A DNA stretch of 64,000 bases from the NCBI RefSeq assembly GCF_006345805.1, contig NW_021832858.1, positions 31,614-95,613 of the forward strand. The letters run 5' to 3'. Position 1 is the first letter of the stretch. Each line of letters opens with the position of its first letter. Origin of the DNA: Octopus sinensis (taxonomy: Eukaryota). Shown here piece after piece: positions 38,404-51,271 of the stretch. The notes below the pieces were generated by a model, which did not search any database, was not told the DNA's origin, and was given only the letters and a program-made list of their open reading frames with translations. The position numbers were made by a program, and so were the translations under genes.

Positions 38404-38553
38404 GCTGCCGTCTCTAACATCAACTCAAAGTTATCTCTCTTGGATCCGGCTCAAATTGACCAGGTGGAAGCTCGTTTGCAGAATGTCCTACAGAAAGTCA
38501 ATCAAATTACTGAAAAGAAGATCGTTTCTGACGATTCTGAGAAACAGGCAAAG
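38404..38553 (+). CDS. DCTN2: DCTN2 exon 10
   Basis: cttcacag|GCT...AAG|gtttga; AAVSNINSKLSLLDPAQIDQVEARLQNVLQKVNQITEKKIVSDDSEKQAK contains DQVEARLQ; 150 nt. Confidence 0.96.
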
Positions 38554-39378
38554 GTTTGACACATTTTGTTGTTGTTCTTTATTCTGTGGCCTCTGCCTAA
38601 TTCCCGCAAATCAGCGTTGCCAGCGCCGCCCCGACTGGCCTCGTGCCGGTGGCATGTAAAAAGCACCATCCGTTCGTGTCCGTTTGCCAGCTCTGTTTGG
38701 CACCTGTGCGGGTGGCACGTAAAAAGCACCCACTACACTCACGGAGTGGTTGGCGTTAGGAAGGGCATCCAGCCGTAGAAACACTGCCAGATTTGACTGG
38801 GCCTGATGAAGCCTTCTGGCTTCACAGACCCCAGTAGAACCGTCCAACCCATGCTAGCATGGAAAACGGACGCTAAACGATGATGATGATGATGATGATG
38901 ATGAGGCTGTGTAGCCTAGCTAAGGGCCATGCTACATATCTGACAGCCCTCATCAGGACCTGGTGAGTTACAGAGCTGCGTTGAGCTCTAATGTCACTTT
39001 TGGTATAGTTTGTACATCTAAACGTCTTTTCTGATACTAACTGATTTACGGTGTATAACTAAAGTGGGATTTTTTTTTTTTATCTGACACTGGTACTAAT
39101 GAGGTCACTGTGTAAGACAGAAAAAAAACCTGCAACTATATAGGGTGGGGGAAGTTGCCAAGTGTTTCGAGGAAGAAGTATGATAGAGGGATAGGTGTTT
39201 TGCTATATAGAAGATATACAACAATCCTAATAAAGGTAGGCAGGAGTAACTGGGAAGAAGATATTTGGAGTACAGTGTAGACATTTAGACTATATGCTGT
39301 ATCTGAAGTTTCTGGTTGTGGCGACAGTTGGTGATGGGCATGATAAAGCTGTCTGTTAACATTTGATACAACATTTAA

Positions 39379-39768
39379 CCCTTTCGTTACCAACCCGGCT
39401 GAAACTGGATCTAGCTCTTTAGTACAAATGTCTTGTTTTCAAAAGTTCTGAATTAAAATCTTCCACCAAACATTAGTCACAATTTATGTTCCTAAAACTA
39501 GCTGAATGATAACTAAGTTATTTTACTAAATCCTTTGTTATATTTAACCCTTTTGATACCAACCTGGCTGAAACCACCTCTGGTTCTGTAGTACAAATGT
39601 CTTGTTTTCGTAAGTTCAGAATTAAAATCTTCCACCAAACCTTAGTCACAATTTATGTTCCTAACACTAGCTGAATGATAACTAAGTTATTTTACTAAAT
39701 TCTTTGTTATATTTAAAATAATTGGAAGAAACACAGAGCATCTGAAAATAAATATGGTAACGAAAGGG
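39379..39768. mobile_element. piggyBac-type MITE with duplicated left part
   Basis: TTAA|CCCTTTCGTTACC...GGTAACGAAAGGG|TTAA; a second left end starts near 39544. Confidence 0.8.
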
Positions 39769-39869
39769 TTAAGTGCAGTTCAGGGTATTAATGATGTATG
39801 TATGTAGATGTTGTACCAACTTTGGTTGGTGTGCCTGTGTTTAATTGCTTTTCATAATTAACAGCTTAA

Positions 39870-40088
39870 CCCTTTAGTGTTCAAATTACTCTGTTAAATG
39901 TAATATTTTTTTACTCAAATTGTTTTTAATTAATCCTGCATTATCTTATAGCTTTTGAGGTTTCAATGATGTGATTGTTTATTTCTAGAATGTCAATGTA
40001 GGTTAGGTGTGAGAGGCCAGATATCGCCAGTCTGAGTATAAAACATAGAATATTTGGGCCGGATATGGCCGGTTTAAACACTAAAGGG
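39870..40088. mobile_element. piggyBac-type MITE next to the DCTN2 exon 11 acceptor
   Basis: TTAA|CCCTTTAGTGTT...AACACTAAAGGG|TTAA. Confidence 0.82.
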
Positions 40089-40112
40089 TTAATGATTTCT
40101 TTGTATTCGCAG

Positions 40113-40215
40113 GTGACCGAGTTATATGAGATTGTTAAGAAGTGGGAGAGCATGGCCGACGTGTTGCCACAGGTTGTTGACCGGCTGACCACATTGAAAG
40201 ACATTCACGAGCAAG
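40113..40215 (+). CDS. DCTN2: DCTN2 exon 11
   Basis: attcgcag|GTG...G|gtgagt; VTELYEIVKKWESMADVLPQVVDRLTTLKDIHEQ; 103 nt, phase 0-1. Confidence 0.96.
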
Positions 40216-41313
40216 GTGAGTTGGTTTTTATTGGAACTGACCGAGTGGTGTGTGGTGGCATGCGGTGTAGGAGTTGACCAAGTGCTTGCCATGCGGTTCT
40301 GTACAGTGTTGGAGCTATTATGTGGTGTGGTGGGGTGTGTTGATATGGTTTTGCTGTGTGAGTGACCCTACTTGGTGGTTTCACTGCGTTGAAGTTGACC
40401 CTGTGATAATGCTCTGGGACTGTTCCTGCAGGGTACAAGACCAACCCTACAAAATTAAGTTAAGTTAAGTTAATTTTTTGGCTCAAAAAGCAAAAAGCAA
40501 GGCCATGTAGGGGGACATGGAGTTATGTACAGGGAGGGTGTTCATGCAAAGAGTTCAGTCCATTTCTGGTCAAGAGAGACTTTGAACCAAGCGGTCGTCG
40601 GCATATTCACTATCTCGTCTGCCGATACGTTCTGAGTTCAAATGCTGGCGAGGTCGACTTTGCTTTTCATCCTTTCGGGGTCGATTAAATAAGTACCAGT
40701 TACACACTGGGGTTGATATAATCGACTTAATCCGTTTGTCTGTCCTTGTTTGTCCCTTCTGTGTTTAGCCCCTTGTGGGTAGTAAAGAAATAGGTATTTT
40801 GTCTGACATTACATTCTGAGCTCAAATTCCGCCGAGGTCGACTTTGCCTTTCATTCTTTCGGGGTCAATTAAATAAGTACCAGTTACGCACTGGGGGTCG
40901 ATGTAATCGACTTAAGCCATTTGTCTGTCCTTGTTTGTCCCTTCTGTGTTTAGCCCCTTGTGGGTAGTAAAGAAATAGGTATTTCATCTGCCGATACATT
41001 CTGAGCTCAAATTCCGCTGAGGTTGACTTTGCCTTTTATCTTTTCGAGGTCAATTAAATAACTACCAGTTACATACTGGGATTGATATAATCGACTTAAT
41101 CCATTTGTCTGTCCTTGTTTGTCCCTGCTGTGTTTAGCCCCTTGTGGGCAATGAAGAAATAGGTACTGAACCCAGGGCCATGTAGCTGCGAAGCAAGCTT
41201 CTTAACTACAACCACACATGTATTTTTTTCTCTGCTTTCTGTCAATTATTCTTCAAAGATCTCTTCCTAAATGTCATTCATCTTTCTTTTACAATTTTCT
41301 CCACTTCCTACAG

Positions 41314-41405
41314 CCCTACAGTTCAGCCAAGCCCTTGTCTACCTCGACACGGCACAGCAGGAAATACGCAAAACTCTCACGGAGCATGGTGATATGATGA
41401 AGCAG
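41314..41405 (+). CDS. DCTN2: DCTN2 exon 12
   Basis: cctacag|CC...CAG|gtgagt; (A)LQFSQALVYLDTAQQEIRKTLTEHGDMMKQ; 92 nt, phase 1-0. Confidence 0.96.
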
Positions 41406-42209
41406 GTGAGTCGATTTCTACCATTGCAGGGTGGACGGGTGGAGAGAAGACTGTGGGGGCTGGAGAATATTGAATTGTGTAGCATGGAACTAGGGGTATA
41501 TGAGGGTAGACTAGTGTGAAGCGTGTTGTCATTTAACCCCAAGTCAGCCCTCATCCAGCTGTGACCTTGTTGGGTTTGCAGACATTAAATTTAAGATGAC
41601 TTCATCTGTTTAAAAAAGAACTAACAGCATTTGATTTCAAAGATATTTGGCTGCTATTTCTGTCAGCCAACTGACCATTTAGAGGCCTCTCAATCTTAGA
41701 CTTGTAGATACATAAATATGATGGTTATTGGGGTGTGAAGTATGGGGGTTAGAGTAGGGTGGGATGGACTGAAGGGAGGAGGGTTAGAGTGGATTTGTGT
41801 GGGTGAATAGAGGGGTTGGGGTGGACTGTATGTGGGTAGAGTAGGGTAGGAGTGGTGAGTGATTAGTGGGTGGCTACTGGGACATGGGATGTAAATGGGT
41901 TGAGAAAGGGACTGGCTGATAAAGAACATGCTACGGTTACAATAGGGGACAGTGAGATGTGAATTGAGGCAGATTTGGCTCTTGTTTCTAGCAATTCTAG
42001 CAACTGTGTAGAAGCTCCCCACTTGATTTCAGTTGGTTGAGTGTGTGGGGTGGGGAGGGTTGCAGGGTGGGGGTGAGGAGAGACATTTTGGAATATTAAA
42101 ACTTGTTTACTGAAACTGTCAACATACACAGACACACATAAACACAATGATACAAGCATGCATACATACACAGATACACACATACAGAATTACATACACA
42201 TACACACAC

Positions 42210-43830
42210 ACTGACCTACATGGGAACACACAAACACTGACCTACATGGGAACATAAACATTGACCTACATGAGAACACATTAACTCTGACCTACATGGG
42301 AACACGTGAACACTGACCTACATGGGATCATAAAAGACACTGATCTACATGGGAACACACAAACACTGACCTACATGGGAACACAAACACTTGCCTACAT
42401 GGGAACACAAAAAACACTGACCTACATGGGAACACATGAACACTGACCTACATGGCAACACACGAACACTGACCTACATGGCAACACAAACGCTAACCTA
42501 CATGTGAACACTAAAAACACTGACCTACATGGGAACACACAAATACTGACCTACATGGGAACACAAACACTGACCTACATGGGAACACACAAACACTGAC
42601 CTACATGAGAACATAAAAATCACTGACCTACATGGGAACACAAACACTGACCTACATGGCAACACACAAACACTGACATACATGGGAACACACAAACACT
42701 GACCTACATGAGAACATAAAAATCACTGACCTACATGTGAACACAAACACTGACCTACATGGCAACACACAAACACTGACCTACATGGCAACACACAAAC
42801 ACTGACCTACATGTGAACACAAACAGTGACCTACATGTGAACACAAACACTGACCTACATGGGAACACAAACACTGACCTACATGGGAACACAAACACTG
42901 ACCTAAATGAGAACACACAAACACTGACCTAAATGAGAACACACAAACACTGACCTACATGGGAACACATGAACACTGACCTACATGGAACAAAAAAAAC
43001 ACTGACCTACATGGGAACACAAGCACTGTATCTACATGAGAACACACAAACACTGGCCTACATGGGAATTCAAACACTGACCTACATGTGAACACAAACA
43101 CTGACCTACATGGCAACACACAAACACTGACCTACATGGTAACACACAAACACTGACCTACATGTGAACACAAACACTGACCTACATGGGAACACAAACA
43201 CTGACCTACATGGGAACACAAACACTGACCTACATGGGAACACAAGCACTGTATCTACATGAGAACACACAAACACTGACCTAAATGAGAACACACAAAC
43301 ACTGACCTACATGGGAACATAAAAATCACTGACCTACATGGGAACACACAAACACTGACCTACATGGAATACACAAACACTGACCCTCATGGGAACACAA
43401 ACACTGACCTACATGGGAACACACAAACACTGACCTACATGAGAACACACAAACACTGACCTACATGGGAACACACAAACACTAACCTACATGGAACACA
43501 CAAACACTGACCCTCATGGGAACACAAACACTGACCTACATGTGAACACAAACACTTGCCTACATGGAAACACAAACAATGACCTACATGAGAACACACA
43601 AACACTGACCTACATGTGAACACAAAAAACACTGACCTACATGTAAACAAAAACACTTGCCTACATGGGAACACACACACACACTGACCTACATGGGAAC
43701 ATGCACACTGGCCTACGTGAAAACACAGAAGCACTGGATCTACATAATACACAAGTACTGACCTACATGGGAACATAAAAATCACTGACCTACATGGGAA
43801 CACACAAACCAGGACCTACATGGGAACACA
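42210..43830. repeat. 21-24-bp minisatellite (ACAAACACTGACCTACATGGGAAC), roughly 70 copies, in DCTN2 intron 12
   Basis: Direct reading; no unique spacers. Confidence 0.95.
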
Positions 43831-43975
43831 CAAACGGAGACCTACAGAGGCAGATGCACGCACACACACACGCACGCACACACACACACGCACACACACA
43901 CACATGTACAAGCAGACGCAGATCGACCACGGAAAGGCAGACAGACAACCAACCTTTATGATTCTCTATTTCCAG

Positions 43976-44062
43976 CTGGAAGATTCGTTCAAGCAAAACA
44001 CTGACGTCATCAAGAAAAACTGTCAAAGCCTGGAGGAAAGAATGAAGTCCTTAAAGAAATAA
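43976..44062 (+). CDS. DCTN2: DCTN2 exon 13 (terminal, with TAA)
   Basis: ttccag|LEDSFKQNTDVIKKNCQSLEERMKSLKK*; the 13 exons sum to 1233 nt = 410 aa plus stop. The nearest AATAAA is at 44092-44097 (use unverified). Confidence 0.95.
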   Translation: MEDSFKQNTDVIKKNCQSLEERMKSLKK

Positions 44063-44420
44063 TTAGGGAATTCAGGTGGGGGGGTGTGCAAAATAAAGGG
44101 CCGGCAACTACATCTTCAACTACTCCTCCCTCTTCTGTAGCTTCATTATGATTATAATTACTATTATTATTATTATTATTAAGGTGGCGAGCTGGCAGAA
44201 TCATTAAGCACGCCGGGCAAAATGCTTAGCGGCGTTTCATCGGTCTTTACATTCTGGGTTCAAATTCCGCCGAGGTCGACTTTGCCTTTCATCCTTTCGG
44301 GGTCGATAAATTAAGTACCAGTTACGCACTGGGGTCGATGCAATTGACTTGCCCCCACCTCCCCTGACCTTGCTGGTCTTGTGTCAAAATTGGAAACAAT
44401 CATTGTTGTTGTTATTATTA

Positions 44421-44459
<39 letters not shown>

Positions 44460-45114
44460 TATTATTATTATTATTAGAACTATTAAAACATTGGGTTGCT
44501 TTATTTCTGTTTTTTTTCCCTTCATCTCTTCTGGCACTAGAAAATATAAAGTACCAGTTATATACTGGGGTGTGTCTATGGTATTGCCTAATTTCCTCCT
44601 CTCAAAATTTCTGTTCTTTGTGCCTCACTTATTATCGAGGGATGGATTGGCGGAACGGTGTAGAGTATCGGACAAAAATACCTTGTGGTATTTGTTCCAG
44701 CCTTTTATGTTCTGAGATCGATAAAACAAAGTACCAGTGGCATACTGGGGGGGTCAATATATCCCACTGTTGCCTCCCCTATTCCTTCCTCCTCTCCTTC
44801 GCAACATTTCTGGCCGTGCGGTTCTAAGAAGTTCTTGTTATAGTGTTCAAATCTCATCAAGGCCGTCTTTGCCTTTCACCCTCCAGGGATCAATGAAATA
44901 AAGTGCTAGTCATAAGCTAGGGGGTCTGTGTAACCGACAACATTCTCCACCACCTGCCTCCAGGGGTGTGGGCCTTGCGTCTACAATATAAACCTATTTA
45001 AATTATTGTCAAAGAATAAAATTAAGTGCTGGATTATGAAATTGGTTGACGAGTGAGTTTATTAATACATACATACATACATACATACATACATACATAC
45101 ATACATACATACAT

Positions 45115-45188
<74 letters not shown>

Positions 45189-46935
45189 AAGAAGGTTTGA
45201 AAATGCAATTTAAAAGATGTTTATTTACTTTACCGGTTTCTACATGTTACTTTTGACAATCTTTTTCCAAAGAGTGAAACCGGTAAAGTAAATAAACCTC
45301 TTTTAAATTGCATTTTCAAACCTTCTTTCGTATATAATTCCACTCGTGCGGTACCCTACAACTCCACTTTGTTATATATATATATACAACTCATGTAGGA
45401 TAAAATTTTTTTCGAAAAAAAAAATGTTATCAATGGCCAGCATATCAAAAAATACCTTTAAAGTTTAAATTTATAAATAATTTATAAAATAAGGGCAAAA
45501 GAAAAATTCTAATGCCAAATATGCCGAAAAAAAAGACAAAATTGTCAATAACCATTGACATAAATTATAATGGTTATTGACAATTTTGTCATTTTTCAGC
45601 ATATTTGGCATTAGAATTTTTCTTTTGCCCTTATTTTATAAGTTATATATATATATATATATGTATATATAACTCTTTTGGGTTATTTTTCTCATGTCCT
45701 TACTTTAAATGCTAGCGCCATCTAATTTATCTTATAATTCCGAAAGTCAATAAATATTGTTCTTGCTGTTCATGTTGTATCTGTACCAAGTTGTTGCCCT
45801 TGACATGTAGCCACGTACAACAAATTGCACTGTTTTGGTGAGTGCCACCCACGTCACGCCACATCTCAGAGTATGTTTTCATAGACCTTTTCATATATAT
45901 ATATATATATATATACTGTTGTGTCTGGGGAGAGTCATTTTCTTTTTGTGCCTTATTATTTCACACACTCACCGGTAAAATTTCCACTTTTTTTCTTATT
46001 TTTATTTTCCTAAAATTTTCATTGCATCTTGCAACCTTTTCAATAGTATTGACTCTTGATACCTTTTCAGTAGTCTTGACTCTTGAAAAGGTTGCAATAG
46101 TCTTGACTCTATTGAAAAGGTTGCAAGACCCAACGAAAATTTTAGGAAAATAAGAAAAAAGTGGAAATTTTACCAGTGAGTATGTTAAATTATAAGGTAC
46201 AAAAAGAAAATGACTCTCCCTAGACACAACAAAATATGCTTCAACACACGAACTCCTATAAAGAATCTTGCAAGCCAAATCCCAAAACCAGATGTATATG
46301 TACATATATATATATATGGGGAGAGTGTCATTTTCTTTTTGTGCCTTATAATTTAAGACACTCACCGGTAAAATTTCCACTTTTTTCTTATTTTTATTTT
46401 CCTAAAATTTTCATTGCGTCTTGCAACCTTTTCAATAGTTTTGACTCTGTCCGTTAATTACACTGCGTTCCCTTTTGTTTGTTTGTTTGTGCGCATGTGT
46501 TGAGTATGTTAAATAATACGGCGCAAAAAGAAAATGACTCTCCCCAGACACAAAAGAATATGCTTCAACACACGAATCATATAAAGAATCTTGCAAACCA
46601 AATCCCAAAACGAAATATATATAATATTCTATATGATATATGCCACCATAAAAATGTGAAAAATGAAATAGCTATCTCTCTCTTTCCTTTTTCTCTTCTT
46701 TCCCCCCATCTCTCATCTCTATTTTTTCTTCACCCTCTCCTCTGCCAAGATTCCTAAAGAGATATACAGTTGTGATGAATATTTAACAATTATATAACAA
46801 TACACACACACACACACATATTTATGTGCGTGTGTGTGGTAATGAAGAGGGGGTTGCAATTACTTCCCCAAATTGTTAATTACCATATATAGTAAAAATG
46901 AGGCAGAAACAGCTGGCTGGTTGGGCTATTGTTGC

Positions 46936-46966
<31 letters not shown>

Positions 46967-47438
46967 TCTCATGTGTGAGGAATATCAGCTGTGTTTCACG
47001 GTCTTCTACCACAACAGCTCCTTTATAGGATCCAGTTAGCTCAAGACATCATCAGGAGGAACCACATCCGGTTTCGGCCCCTACTCCTCTACCGTTTTGA
47101 CGTGGCCGGGCCCCCACCTTTCGGAGGTGTCTTCAGCTCTGGTGTTGGGTGCATGTCTTCTTTCTTCTCCTTTCTTCTGTTCCCTGGCCTCTTCGATGTA
47201 TCGTCAGCGAGTGTCAGCAGGCGACTGACTGTCTGGTCAAACTTCCCTTTAAATATCTGCTGCTAGGCTCCAGCAGGCAGCCCCAGCAAGTTGTCACATG
47301 ACACTGTCTCAACTTATATATTTTCCTTGGTAACTTAGAGACATCAGACTACAACCATGCTTGTAAATGATATTTCCCTGAAAAACATTTCAAAATTTTT
47401 ATTGGCTTCATACCAAGAGGCAGGCTGGTCAGTAAGAA

Positions 47439-47480
<42 letters not shown>

Positions 47481-47828
47481 CATTAATGTATGTACAAAGT
47501 ACCTGATACAGTAAAACATATATATCGATATTTAATTCCTGGTAATGCCACAGGATTTGATTTTGCTGCCATAACATACCACCAAGTATCTTACTGGTCT
47601 ATTAAGTCAATGGTGTGTTTTAACCTTGTGTTAGCAGTGCAGTATTTTTACTTTCAAATTTTATGTTGATGGATTTTCTGTAGCATTCTGAGCCAGCTCT
47701 GAAAGTTATGATATTTGATAAACAATTGTGTATTTGTTTATGAACCATTATAACTTGCTGTACTGGCTCTCAACTCTGTGGAAAATCTATGAAAATAAAA
47801 GTGAAAATATTCCGTATATGTGAGCATG

Positions 47829-47866
<38 letters not shown>

Positions 47867-48027
47867 CTTTGTATATACATATACATATGTCTTTATATAT
47901 GTATATATATATGTCTTTGTATATACATATAGATATGTCTTTATATATGTATATATATGTGTCTGTATGTATGTATGTATATATATATATATATATATGT
48001 CTATATATATATGTGTGTATATATATA

Positions 48028-48076
<49 letters not shown>

Positions 48077-50200
48077 TATATAATATATATAATAATTATA
48101 ATATTAGGGAGTATATCCAAACTTACAGGGAAAAATTAGATTTAGGATTAAATCAAATTTCACAGTATAAATATAAATTAAATTAGGGATAAAGCCACTA
48201 TTAGGCAAATCAAACAGTGAAAAACATTAACCAAAACATAAAAATAAATATATTAATTAAAAAATTAAAAGTTTAAAAATTTATAAATTAAAAATTTAAA
48301 AATTTATAAATATAAATTTTATATTTTATTTATTTTGTATATTATATATTTATTTTTATGTATTGGTTTATGTCTTTCACTGTTTGATTTGCTTAATAGT
48401 GGTTTTTATCTCTAATTTAATTTATATATATATTTATACATATATATATGTGTGTATATTATGTGCGTGTGTCTATGTATGTATATACACATAAACTTGG
48501 AAATGGATGCATGGCATTCAATCAAACAATAAAATAAATAATATATATATGTGTGTGTGTATGCATATATATATATATATATATATATTCTCTTTTACTC
48601 TTTTACTTGTTTCAGTCATTTGACTGCGGCCATGTTAGAGCACCACCTTTAGTCGAGCAAATCGACCCCAGGACCTATTGTTTGTAAGCCCAGTACTTAT
48701 TCTATCAGTCTCTTTTGCCGAACCGCTAATTGATGGGGACGTAAACACACCAGCATCGGTTGTCAAGCAATGCTAGGGAGACCAACACAGACACACAAAC
48801 ACACACATACATACATATATATACATATATATGACAGGCTTCTTTCAGTTTCCGTCTACCAAATCCACTCACAAGGCATTGGTCGGCCCGGGGCTACAGC
48901 AGAAGACACTTGCCCAAGATGCCACGCAGTGGGACTGAACCCGGAACCATGTGGTTGGTTAGCAAGCTGCTTACCACACAGCCACTCCTGCGCCTATGTG
49001 ACTTTTCTTCTGGTGCTTTCCGTTCTGAGTTCAAATTCCACGAAGATCAACTTTGCCTTTCATTCTTTTTGGCTTCGATAAAATAAAGTACCAGTTGTAC
49101 ACTGGGGTTGTTGTAATCGATTTTGCCCCTCCCCTCAAAATTGCTGGCCTTGGGCAAAAATTTAGAATTATTATTATTATTATTAGATAAAGACATAAAT
49201 AATAATCATCATCATCATCATCGTTTAGCGTCCGCTTTCCATGCTAGCATGGGTTGGACGGTTCAACTGGGGTCTGGGACGCCAGGAGGCTGCACCAGGC
49301 CCAGTCTGATCTGGCAATGTTTCTACGGCTCGATGCTCTTCCTAACGGAGTGGTTGGCATTAGGAAGGGCATCCAGTTGTAGTTCCACTGCCAGATCAGA
49401 CTGGGCCTGGTGCAGCCTTCTGGCTCCCCAGACCCCAGTTGAACCGTCCAACCCATGCTAGCATGGAAAACGGACGTTAAACGATGATGATGATGATATA
49501 TATATATGGTTATGGTGATAAAAGTGATGATGATGACATCAGTGGTGGTGGTGGTGGTGGTAATAACGATGTTTATAATGATGATGATGATGCTTTAGGC
49601 GTTAGGAAGGGCATCCAGCCATAGAAACACTGCCAGATCAGACTGGAGCCTGGTGCAGCCTCCTGGCTTCCCAGATCCCCAGTTGAACCGTCCAACCCAT
49701 GCTAGCATGGAAAACGGACGTTAAACGATGATGATGATGATATATATATATGGTTATGGTGATAAAAGTGATGATGATGACATCAGTGGTGGTGGTGTTA
49801 ATAACGATGTTTATAATGATGATGATGATGCTTTAGGCGTTAGGAAGGGCATCCAGCCATAGAAACACTGCCAGATCAGACTGGAGCCTGGTGCAGCCTC
49901 CTGGCTTCCCAGATCCCCAGTTGAACCGTCCAACCCATACTAGCATGGAAAGCGAACACTAAACGATGATGATGATGATGATTATTATTTATGTCTTTAT
50001 CTTTGGTTTCCAAATTGCTTGGCAAATATCAGGGTCGACATTACTTTGCTTCCGGCTAGATAAATGGTATGATTTTGTTTTTTTTTTGTTTCCTCCGTTT
50101 CCTCTATATTTCTGTTTGCAGTATGATGCGATGGGGGTGAGATAGGGATTGTCCTTCTTTCTCACCACACAGTTTAATTTGTCTTCATATTTATTTGTTA

Positions 50201-50584
50201 CTAGCAGTATCGCCCGGCGTTGCTCGGGTTTGTAAGGGAAATAACTATAAAGCATTTTTAGAGAGTTATAGCCAAAAAATAGCAAAAAAATGGGGAAAAA
50301 ATGATGGTAAATTTTTTTTGAGAGTTAAAAAGGTCGAGTTGCGTCCCCTAGACAGGCTGTGGTTTGTGTTTCTGATTCTCGACCCCATGTCGAATTTATT
50401 GATTTTTTTCAGAACTGGGGGAACTTTTCAAAATTTTCGCTGCGTTAGTTTTGAATTATGACATTGGGTTATGTGTGTGTCGAGTTTCATCAGAATCAGT
50501 TGAAAGCCGTGGTCAGGGTGAGGGTACAACCTAACAGACACACAGACACGCAGACAGACAAACTTCCGTTTATATAGAGAGAGA
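50201..50584 (-). mobile_element. Non-autonomous Helitron (mosaic)
   Basis: Head TCTCTCTCTATATAAACGGAAG resembles the 2678 element; the 3' ~70 nt match 25830-25895. Confidence 0.8.
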
Positions 50585-50650
50585 TAAGAATGTCTAATAA
50601 TATATTCACAAATAAAATTGGGAAAGTCCTTGCCGCTCTTTGTTGTCAGT

Positions 50651-51271
50651 GGATCTTTTCGGTTTGAACGGCAGTTTTTAACATAATTTCTAGGTAACTA
50701 AAAAATTTTAAACTTTGTATACTGGTAGAATGTGTTTATAAAACATCTTTTTCTCTTTGCTTTATTGCGAAAATTCTATAGTTTGTAAGATATTTGCTGT
50801 TTTTCTTTCTTCAATTTCTGCAATTTCAACCAATCAATGACATCTATTGAGGTAAAAAACAAGATCTATTCGGTTTGAACGGAAGTTTTTAACATAATTT
50901 CTAGGTAACTAAAAAAGTTTAAACTTCCTATACTGGTAGAATGTGTTTATAAAACATTTTTTTCTCTTGGCTTTATTGAGAAAATTCCATGGTTTGTAAG
51001 ATATTTGTTGTTGTTTATTCTGCAATTTCAACCAAACAATGACGTCTGTTGAGGTAAAAAAAACATTCTGTGCCGTATGAATATGTCCCTCGTTTAAGAA
51101 ACAGATTGGGTTTATTTACATTTGTGAAGAAAAAAAGATACCCTTCCCCCACCCCTAACCCTAACCCTAAAACAGATTGAAATGCAATAGATCGATACTA
51201 GGGTCATAATTATGGGTGACAATTTCATATGACACCGCTAGAAAAAACTGCCGGTCAAACCGAAAAGATCC
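50651..51271. mobile_element. Same TIR MITE family, with duplicated left end
   Basis: GGATCTTTTCGGTTTGAACGGCAG...CTGCCGGTCAAACCGAAAAGATCC; a second left end lies near 50863. Confidence 0.8.

Noticed and set aside
42210-43830. Regular repeat array as a possible CRISPR (also 30440-31240)
   Set aside because: Units are contiguous with no unique spacers, there are no cas genes, and the context is a eukaryotic intron; these are minisatellites.
46985-47130. CTGATGA...GAAAC on the minus strand as another hammerhead
   Set aside because: Stem II is partly plausible, but stem I does not pair and there is no proper UH site.
51153-51170. (CCCTAA)n as a true interstitial telomere
   Set aside because: It is only about 3 units and is an internal part of the MITE family also seen at 12725-13517.
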